Origin: Eledone cirrhosa
Taxonomy: Eukaryota
NCBI GenBank assembly: GCA_964016885.1
Contig: OZ024743.1
Location: 155,434,001 to 155,498,000 of the forward strand
Length of the DNA: 64,000 nt
Direction of reading: 5' to 3'
The notes below the pieces were generated by a model. It ran no database searches and was not told where the DNA came from. It was given only the letters and a program-made list of their open reading frames with translations. Shown here piece by piece: positions 54,601-64,000 of this stretch; position 1 is the first letter of the stretch; the number at the start of each line of letters is the position of its first letter. The position numbers were made by a program, and so were the translations under genes.

Positions 54601-55690
54601 GCAGACCTTTGACCGTTTCAACCTTTTCATAATTTTCTGCAGGAGGCTAGCAAACAGGTTGGTTCTCCGAAACGAAACAATGCGGACTTTTGCCCTTAGT
54701 CATTATATGTGTCACCTACACGTTCTGGAGACGTATGTAGTCCGAAATTATTTTTACATACTCGGGACTGATCTGGAGAGGTATATCCAGCTCAAACCTG
54801 GAACAGTTCTCCCTTGCAGATCGTGTAACCTTTATCCATTCCCTCCACAATGATCCATCACATGAAGCCACCACATATCAACTCCTGTTGGAATCCCGGG
54901 AAGGCGGAGACGAGCAGCTCCTTTTCCTATACGGGAGGGATACATAATGATCTTGCTGTTTTATAAGGGGTCATCACACGTTTCATTGCGAGTGCTTGCA
55001 ACTTAAAGCACCGAAATGGTGCCGTCTTGTCTGCCCCTCGCCATTTACTCGGTGTCATCCCCGAAGCACCTCAGCTCGCCTACAATATCTACCTGGGCAA
55101 TTAAAGGTACGTTCTTTCTCTCTTCTGAAATACATCTGAAATGAACCGTTCTCCGCTCTACGGTTTCAATGGCTTCTGCCAGGACAGTTAAGCTGGCCTA
55201 GCTTTGCCCTTGTTGATGATTTACCAGGCCTGGGCCAACTTTTCAACTTTATTTGAGGGGTTCATGCTGAAGAATGGCCCTGTCATCGCCGCTACTGCAG
55301 CAAATATATTCGTGTTGTTGGTAATGTTCTTGTTGTTGGTGTCGCTGTTCTTGTTGTTCACTTCGGTGTTGTTGCTGTTGTCGCTGTTTTAGGTGGTTAT
55401 ATCTTTGGGGCCATTGTTGCTGTGTTCGGTGCAGTTGGTTTTGTTGCTGTTGGTTTTGTTGCTATTGGCGCTGTTGCTATTGGTGCTGTTGCTATTCATG
55501 TTCTTGTTAGTGATGGGATTTTCGTTGTTTTTGTTGTCATTTGGTTGTCTCTGTTACTGCTGTGGTTTATGTTGTCATTTTTCTTGGCTTAATGCTCGCA
55601 CTGTTGCTTTTGTTGCTGTCGTTGTTCATGTCGTTAGTGGTGGTGTTGAGAAAATGTGTGTGTGGTATAAATGTTTGTGTTCCCCGTATT
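51636..55690 (-). mobile_element. Degraded L1/Tx1-type LINE (ORF1 + RT remnants)
   Basis: FRPISRLNTDFKILAKFL, DLDRSEAFDRV, SVSAYADITVMVS, LKRLLFNLFW...CRHPLRGGLGMP. Low-complexity Pro/Thr/Gln ORF1 pieces at 54025-55690. (ATT)n tail at ~51636-51655. Confidence 0.75.
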
Positions 55691-56940
55691 TCCTTTTCTC
55701 ATCGTTTAAGCCGCTGTCACAGGACGGCCGACTTACAATTGGCTATGCTTCAGCCATGTTTTTTTTCCTCGATAAATTCTATTTAAGTTCAAGTGTTGGA
55801 GCCAATATGCCCAAATATTATAGTTTCCCCTTCACAGGGCAAAGTCCAAAGCTTGTGTCCATTTACCCGAGAACAAAAATTAATGATAAATGATTTATGA
55901 CATGTAAATAAAGAGAGCTATACGGAACGAGCAAAACAGTAATAATAATAATAATAATACTACTACTAATAATAATAATAGGGATTTCTTTATTGGCCAC
56001 AAGTATAATAAGGGAATAAAGGATAAGGGAAGAAACGCACGGATAAGGGAACAAGACGCACGTGGTGGATAGAAGGTCCTGAAATCGTCCCGTAAGTTTT
56101 TGATTTTTAACATATTTAAAACAATTGTGATATAATAATTCTTAGTACAAATGATACATAAAGCACCAGACTCAACTCTCAGAAAATAAGGATCCATAAT
56201 ATTCTGTTATATCGATCAAATATTCAATTTTTTATTATGAATTTTATATTCAAAAAAGAAAATGGTAATAAATGGAAGAAAACCCACTCTGTCTACACTA
56301 TATAGAACAGCAAATAACAGCAATTTCACCAACACCACAAACTAGATACACCACCTATCCAATCTACCTTCAGTGTACACTAAATACAACAGCCAGATAA
56401 AGGCAATTTCACCACCACCACCACCAATCCCAGCATAATAATAATAATTACTATTATTATTGTGTCTCAGGTTTTCTCAAAATGTTTAATTCAAATACTA
56501 AAGTAATATGTCAACACATATATTAAACATACGCGACAAACCGAATAGATACACAGTTCGAACAAACTACAGTCTATTAAACAAAACTCAGTAACTACAA
56601 CGCCATCACTATAGTCACCGCCGCCACCACTCCATCCATCATTGCTACCACTATCCCTTCACCGACGCCACCACTCCTTCATTCCTACCACCACTATTCC
56701 CCCATTACCTTCTGTTAACTTAAGAAAGGGGAAGGTAGCGGTAGCACTAGACAAGGGTGAGGCTAGCAAAAGATATAAATATACTGACTTAGTGACCGGT
56801 CAAACGTCAACGGCTATGGCAGTGCTGGCTCCCCCATTCCCCACCAACAATAGAAAAAGCCCCAGCACCACCACCGACATAGCCAACAACAATAACGGGC
56901 AACTTCAGCAAAAAGTATATTATATTATTAATAATTTCAT

Positions 56941-57125
56941 GGTGGTGGATTGGCAGTATCGGTAGAGGGTCGGACGCCATGCTTTCCAGCATAGTTACGT
57001 CCCTTTACGATCTGAGTTCAAATCCCGCCGAGGTTGACTTTGCCTTTCATCCTTACGGGGTCGATAAAATAAAGTACCAGTAATGCACTGGGTATTTGCT
57101 GGCCTTGTGCCTAAAGTAGAAACAT
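56941..57125 (+). mobile_element. tRNA-head SINE, full length
   Basis: TSD TTATTAATAATTTCAT at 56925-56940 and 57126-57141. Confidence 0.9.
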
Positions 57126-57180
57126 TTATTAATAATTTCATTCTTAAGCCACGCAATGCTCACATTAAGGAACCTCTCAT

Positions 57181-60100
57181 GATAATAACAATTTAAGAAA
57201 CAACAAAAAAGAAAACCCCGTGACCAAGAAATACCGAGATGGCGGCCGGCGGGGAATAGCCGTGTCTCTAGGGGAGGACGACCCCTCTTGTCTTGGTTGA
57301 CACTCGTCCTAGAACTGGTAACACGAAATGATTACCCCTTGGCGGATAAGGATAAAACGCGACAAAATAAAGTAAATGTCAAATGATAAAATCTCATACC
57401 GGATCGGCCGTCACCCGGGTCAAAATCGGCCACGTCCCTCAGACATGAACCAGACTGGGGTCGAAAAATCAGCTAAAGACCTTCCCACCACTTCGGAGCT
57501 GGAGACCTCCATAACCGGAATACTAATACTGTTGGCCCTCCATGCTCACCACCAAGAAACCCAGAGAAAAAGAGAGAAAAATGGTCAAGGGAAGATAATA
57601 AAGAAGTCCTTGAGGCTTTCTACACTACCATGTACTACCCATCAAATACATCGAATACAGAATAGACATATATCAACTGGAAAAAGAAACATCCCGAAAA
57701 CAGAGGCTATATTGACAGTAACAAACTAGCCAATATACGAAGAAATATCGTTAAAAAAAAGTTACTAACTGATATAGAAATTGACCAGATCAAACTATCA
57801 GCACAAAATCAACGAAGGGAAAATGAAACATGTGTCAGTGAAAACGAGGTAAATTGTAACACTTCGAATCCCAGGGTTGGGGCGGAATCACTGACAACAG
57901 AACAAATTAAAGAAAGGATCGAAAAATTGGAGGGAGTGCATGCTCAAGATGAAACTCAAAATGAAAACAATGAGATCGTAAATGATAAAGAAATGAATGA
58001 GAATGAACTTGCCACTTGAAGGATGAAATTATATTCGAATGGATGAAATTGAATGAATCTGACATGGGGGGGGGGGACGAGACACCCTCCCTAATATCCA
58101 GAACTCCAAACAGAACCAAAAGATAATACTAACATAATTCTCAAAAACATTTTCATCACAAACAAACTAAACATTACTGATTTAAATCATCTCTATTATG
58201 CATCGGCTAAAGTCACCACTCACTTATGTGGAGTGAAAATGAAAAAACCAAGGAATTCCCACAAGAAATCTACTTGGCAAGAGAACATCAATCGCACAAT
58301 AAACCTTCTCCGATCTGATATAGAAATTTTAACAAACTACACAGTAGGTGAACATATTAAACAAACTAAACTTAGAAAATTGAAAAGGAAATACAGTATA
58401 AAATCAACAAGAGACATAGACATGCTGATAGAAATAATCAAGCAAAAATTGTCGCCCAGGGCTACTCGTATAATGTGCCTTGAAAAACGATCTAGATTCC
58501 ATAAGGACAATAATATATTCAAAAACAACCCAAGAAACTTCTACAAAAAAATTGGCAAGTCAACAATAACTGCTAATTCAATACAACCCAAGGCGGAAGT
58601 GCAAGACTTCTGGGAAAAGATCTGGGCCGAAGAAAAGGTTCATGATATACATGCGCCATGGATAGACAGACAATGAAAGATGCAGCTCACCTTGAGGAAC
58701 ACATATCGGAAAATATAACAGTTCAACAGTTGCGTTTGGCTCTTAGAAAAACCAGCAAATGGAAATCCCCAGGAAAAGACAAAATACCAAATTTTTGGAT
58801 AAATGCCTTCACAGAGTCTCATGAGCTGTTAGCACAACTTTACAATGAAATAGTTAAGGAGCCAGAAAAGATACCATCATGGCTAGTTAACGGCATTACA
58901 TTCCTGCTTCCGAAGAATGATGAGACAAACAATCCCCAAAATTACAGACTGATAACTTGCTTGACCACAATGTATAAAATGTTAACATCAGTCCTAACTG
59001 AATATATATATGACCACCTGATAACAAATGACCTATTTCCCATTGAGCAGAAAGGGTGTAAACGAGGCTCATATGACTGTAAGGATCAGCTTTTGGTTAA
59101 CAAAATGATACTGGAAGATTGTCATAATAGACACAAAAATCTATCTAAATTGCTTCGATAGATTATAAAAAAGCATTCGATAGTTTGCCACACATTTGGA
59201 TTGAAAAAATGTTTGGAGATTTTCAAAATATCTCCCGTTGTCAGGAGGTTCTTGTCATTCAAGATGAACACATGGAAAACGACACTCCTTTTGAATAGTG
59301 AAACAAAATCACTGGAAGCTGGAGAATTTAATATTAATTGTGGAATTTTTCAGAGTGACTATTTATCACCGCTTTTATTCTGCATCGCACTTATACCATT
59401 AAGTAAAATGCTCAATGAAACAAAACATGGATATAAAGTCTATGACAAAACCATTAATCACTTGTTCTACATGGATGACCTGAAACTATTTGCAAAAAAT
59501 GATGAACAATTGCAAGGGCTATTATACACTGTGGAGCAGTTCAGTGATGACATTAAAATGGAGTTTGGACAAGATAAATCCGCCAAAGCAACGTTCACCA
59601 GAGGAAAGCTGCTGAAAACTTCAGACATTAATATCGATCGGGGGAATGCGATAAGAGAACTTGATCAAGAGGAAACTTACAAATATCGAGGTGTTTGTGA
59701 AGGAGGCGGAATCCAGCACTCGACAATGAGCGAAAGGATATGGAAGGAATGTTACCGCAGAGTAAGAGCAATCTTAAGAACGGAATTGAATGTAAGTATC
59801 GATGCCATAAACACACTTGCCATACCAGTAGTAACATACAGTTATAATTGCATTAGCTGCTCAAGCACAGAGATCCGTAGGCTCGATACAAAAATTGGAA
59901 AATTATTAACCATGCACAGAATGCATCACCCTAAGGCAGATACAGATATAATATATCTCACTAGGAAAGAAGGAGGACGTGGGTTAATACAGTTAGATAT
60001 TGCGTAGAAAACTGCAACAATTGGATTATCTACATATCTAAGGGAATCACATGATTGGATGATCAAACTCGTTTTGAAACACGAAAGCATCAAAAGATCA

Positions 60101-61154
60101 TACTCCATTACAAGAGATGCACAAAGATACAGTAATGGACTACACATTTCAGAAGTCCCATTTACTGCTGAAAGGGAAAACACAGATAAAGCAAAGCAGG
60201 TAAAAGTAACTGCAAAGAAAGAACTGCTACAGAAACTGGCTAAGAAAGGGCAAGAAAAGCCTCTGTATGGAAAATACCCAGAAAGTCTAACAATCCTGAT
60301 TTTGACAAAACTTTAAGCCATCAGTGGTTGGCATCCTCTGGACTGAAATCAGAGACTGAAAGACTGATTATATCGGCACAAGATCAGTGTCTGCCAACAA
60401 AAAATTACCAAGCCAACATAATAAAAAATGGGTGCAGCCCATTATGCCGTGTATGTAAAAAACAACCAGAGACCATTGACCATATAATTTCAATGTGCAG
60501 TCCTATAGCTCCAACCGAATACCTAAACAGGCATGACAGAGCTGCACAATACATACATTGGATAATGTGTAAGCATGTTGACCTGCCCCATCAAAAGAAT
60601 TGGTGGGAGCATCAACCACCTCCCATACTTGAAAGAGATCATATCTCAATCTTGTGGAACTTTAGCATCCAAACAGACCGAAAAATAGGTGCAAACAGAC
60701 CTGATATAATATTGAAAGACTTTCAAAAGTGGGTATGCCTGCTAATTGATATGTCTGTTCCAATAGACAAGAATGTATCTATAAAAGCACTTGAAAATTT
60801 GAGCAAGTATAAGGACCTGGAGATAGAAATTGGAAACATGTGGAAATTGAGAACTAAAACAATACCAGTGGTTGTAGGCGCTCTGGGAATGATACCTAAG
60901 GGGGCAAATGATTACTTATCGCAAATCCCAGGAAACCCGCGTATAGGAGAAATACAAAAGATAGTACTAATGGGAACTGCCCATATACTAAGGAAGATTA
61001 TGTCAATATAAGTACATCACAAGTCTAAACACTAAAGATACATGTGTGAATATGTATGTTCTTTCTTGAACATGGCGGACCTTGTTGTCTCTTGAGGTCA
61101 CTGGTTGTGACTTGGTGATAACTCGTATGAACATAAAGCAAGATAAATGCAACT

Positions 61155-61210
<56 letters not shown>
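57181..61210 (+). mobile_element. Near full-length R4/Dong-like non-LTR retrotransposon, degraded, with (TAA)n tail
   Basis: WKSPGKDKIPNFW, NYRLITCL, EQKGC, GIFQSDYLSPLLF, HLFYMDDLKLF, CRVC...ETIDHIISMC, RHD, NRPDII...LIDMSVP (RLE). Tail at 61156-61210. Confidence 0.9.
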
Positions 61211-61211
<1 letters not shown>

Positions 61212-61251
61212 TTTAGAGATTTTCAAAATATCCCCCGTTGTCAGGAGGTTT

Positions 61252-63018
61252 TTGTCATTCAGTATGAGGACATGGAGAACGACACTCCTTTTGAATAGTG
61301 AAACAAAATCACTGGAAGCTGGAGAAGTTAACATTAATTGTGGAATTTTTCAGGGTGACTCTTTATCACCGCTTTTATTCTGCATCGCACTTATACCATT
61401 AAGTAAAATGCTCAATGAAACAAAACATGGATATAGAGTCTATGACAAAACCATTAATCACCTGTTCTACATGGATGACCTGAAACTATTCGCAAAAAAT
61501 GATGAACAATTGCAAGGGCTATTATCCACTGTGAAGCAGTTCAGTGATGACATTAAAATGGAGTTTGGACTGGATAAATGCGCCAAAGCAACGTTCACCA
61601 GAGGAAAGCTGCTGAAGAGTTCAGACATTAATCTTGATCGGGGGAACGTGATAAGAGAGCTTGATCAAGAACAAACTTACAAATATCTAGGTGTTTGTGA
61701 AGGAGACGGAATCAAGCACTCGACAATGAGGGAAAGGATAAGGAAGGAATGTTACCGCAGAGTCAGAGCAATCTTAAGAACGGAATTGAATGCAAGGAAT
61801 AGGATCGATGCCATAAACACGCTTGCCATACCAGTAGTAACCTACAGTTACAATGTCATCAACTGGTCAAGCACAGAGATCCGTAGGCTCGATACAAAAA
61901 TCCGAAAATTCTTAACCATGCACAGAATGCATCACCCTAAGGCAGACATAGATAGAATATATCTCCCTAGGAAAGAAGGAGGACGTGGGTTAATCCAGTT
62001 AGACATTGCGTTGAAAACTGCAACAATTGGATTATCCACATATCTAAGGGAATCACATGATTGGATGATCAAACTCGTTTTGAAACACGAAAGCACCAAA
62101 AGATCATATTCCATCACAAAAGATGCACAAAGATACAGTAATGGACTACAAATTTCAGAAGTCCCATTTACTGCTGAAATGGAAAACACAGAAAAAGCAA
62201 AGCAGGTAAAAGTAACTGCAAAGAAAGAACTGCTACAGAAACTGGCTAAGAAATGGCAAGAAAAGCCTCTGTATGGAAAATACCCAGAGCGAGCTAACAA
62301 TCCTGATGTTGACAAAACTTTAACCCATCAGTGGTTGGCATCCTCTGGACTGAAATCGGAGACTGAAGGACTGATTATCTCCGCACAAGATCAGTGTCTG
62401 CCAACAAAAAATTACCAAGCCAACATAATAAAAAATGGGTGCAGCCCATTATGCCGTGTATGCAAAAAACAACCAGAGACCATTGACCATATAATTTCAA
62501 TGTGCAGTCCTATAGCTCCAACCGAATACCTAAACAGGCATGACAGAGCTGCACAATACATACATTGGATAATGTGTAAGCATTTTGACCTGCCCCATCA
62601 AAAGAATTGGTGGGAGCATCAACCACCTCCCATACTTGAAAAAGATCACATCTCAATCTTGTGGAACTTTAGCATCCAAACAGACCGAAAAATAGATGCA
62701 AATAGACCTGATATAATATTGAAGGACTTTCAAAGGAGGGTATGCCTGCTAATTGATATGTCTGTTCCAATAGACAAGAATGTATCTATAAAAACATTTG
62801 AAAAATTGAGCAAGTATAAGGACCTGGAGATAGAAATTGGAAAAATGTGGAAATTGAGAACTAAAACAATACCAGTGGTTGTAGGCGCTCTGGGAATGAT
62901 ACCTAAGGGGTCTAACGACTACTTATCGCAAATCCCAGGAAACCCGCGTATAGGAGAAATACAAAAGATAGTACTAATGGGAACTGCCCATATACTAAGG
63001 AAGATCCTGTCAATATAA
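61252..63018 (+). CDS. 5'-truncated but uninterrupted R4/Dong RT-CCHC-RLE ORF (second tandem copy, 61210-63179)
   Basis: 588-aa open frame with QGDSLSPLLF, YMDD, CCHC knuckle and PD..D..K nuclease. Begins mid-RT directly after (TAA)n. Confidence 0.85.
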   Translation: MSFSMRTWRTTLLLNSETKSLEAGEVNINCGIFQGDSLSPLLFCIALIPLSKMLNETKHGYRVYDKTINHLFYMDDLKLFAKNDEQLQGLLSTVKQFSDDIKMEFGLDKCAKATFTRGKLLKSSDINLDRGNVIRELDQEQTYKYLGVCEGDGIKHSTMRERIRKECYRRVRAILRTELNARNRIDAINTLAIPVVTYSYNVINWSSTEIRRLDTKIRKFLTMHRMHHPKADIDRIYLPRKEGGRGLIQLDIALKTATIGLSTYLRESHDWMIKLVLKHESTKRSYSITKDAQRYSNGLQISEVPFTAEMENTEKAKQVKVTAKKELLQKLAKKWQEKPLYGKYPERANNPDVDKTLTHQWLASSGLKSETEGLIISAQDQCLPTKNYQANIIKNGCSPLCRVCKKQPETIDHIISMCSPIAPTEYLNRHDRAAQYIHWIMCKHFDLPHQKNWWEHQPPPILEKDHISILWNFSIQTDRKIDANRPDIILKDFQRRVCLLIDMSVPIDKNVSIKTFEKLSKYKDLEIEIGKMWKLRTKTIPVVVGALGMIPKGSNDYLSQIPGNPRIGEIQKIVLMGTAHILRKILSI

Positions 63019-63178
63019 GTACATCACAAGTCTAAACACTAAGGATGCATGTGTGAATATGTGTGTTCTTTCTTGAACATGGCGGACCTTGTTGTCTCTT
63101 GAGGTCACTGGTTGTGACTTGGTGATAACTCGTATAAACATAAAGCAAGATAAATGCAAATAATAATAATAATAATAA

Positions 63179-63829
63179 TGTGCAGTCCTATAGCTCCAAC
63201 CGGATACCTAAACAGGATACCTAATCAGAGCTGCACAATACATATATTGGATAATGTTTAATCACTTTGACATGCCCCATCACAAGAATTGCTGGGAGCA
63301 TCAACCACCTGCCGTACGTGAAAACGATCACATATCAATCTTGTGGAACTTTAGTATCCAAACAGACCGAAAAATAGATGCAATTAGACCTGATATAATA
63401 CTGAGGACTTTAAAAAGAGCTTATGCTTGCTAATTGATATGTCCGTTCCAATAGACAAGAATTTATCTATAAAAACATTTGAAAAATTGAGCAAGTATAT
63501 CGACTTGGAGATAGAAATTGGAAAAATGTGGAAGTTGAGAACTAAAACAATATCAGCGTTTTGGGCGCTCTAGGAATCACACCTAAGGGCTCTAATGAGT
63601 ACTTATCCCTAATCCCAGAAAAGAGGCGTATAGAAGAAATTCAAACGATAGTACTAATGGGAACTGCCCATATACTAAGGAAGATTCTGCCAATATAAGT
63701 ACATCACAAGTCAAATACATAAAGTAGCATGTGTGTGAATGTATGTTCTTTCTTGAGATCACTAGTTGTGAGTTGGTGATAACTCGTATGAACATAAAAA
63801 AAGATAAATGCAGTAATAATAATAATAAT
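63179..63829 (+). mobile_element. Third, shorter and more diverged R4/Dong 3' fragment
   Basis: Starts at the MCSPIAP codons. Same 3' UTR and (TAA)n tail. Confidence 0.85.
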
Positions 63830-64000
63830 GATTTCTTATATAGGCGCAAGGCCAGCAATTTTGGGGGAGGGGATATACGATTAAATGGACCCCAGTGCAT
63901 GACTGGTACTTTATTCTATCGACCCCGTAAGGATGAAAAGCAATGTTAACCTCGGCGAGATTTGAACTCAGAATGGAACGGGCTGTATTTCTATGCGTCA
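63830..64000 (-). mobile_element. tRNA-head SINE, truncated by the window end
   Basis: GGCGCAAGGCCAGCAAT...ACTGGTACTTTATTCTATCGACCCCGTAAGGATGAAA...TTTGAACTCAG. Confidence 0.85.

Noticed and set aside
55204-55893. Hydrophobic Leu/Val-rich ORFs resembling membrane proteins
   Set aside because: Antisense of the (CAA/CAG)-rich low-complexity 5' part of the Tx1/L1 remnant.
56941-57030. tRNA gene
   Set aside because: The A/B boxes belong to the SINE head. There is no complete cloverleaf, and the SINE body and TSD follow.

Overview
Gene-free, AT-rich, microsatellite-dense eukaryotic DNA. The SINE family and repeat landscape resemble an octopod cephalopod (inference). No host protein-coding gene is supportable. 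The window is a patchwork of mobile elements: Penelope-like elements (PLEs) of several families, a tandem of three R4/Dong-like LINEs in (TAA)n, remnants of Tx1/L1, RTE, CRE-like, hAT, mariner and Helitron elements, and about 15 copies of a tRNA-head SINE. The main finding is a non-coding ~420-bp tandem array (48.4-51.4 kb) in which each complete unit carries a minimal type I hammerhead ribozyme (HHR; CUGACGA...GAAAC-UA-GUA, palindromic stem III), i.e. a candidate retrozyme/circular-RNA family. The array shows A/B dimeric periodicity, an octamer and a perfect U1-complementary site in most units, and a back-to-back inversion ending in (TA)n on both sides. The same divergent, (TA)n-anchored architecture and further variant HHRs occur in the PLE loci, suggesting a shared PLE-driven insertion mechanism. 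All ribozyme calls are by-eye folds and are untested.
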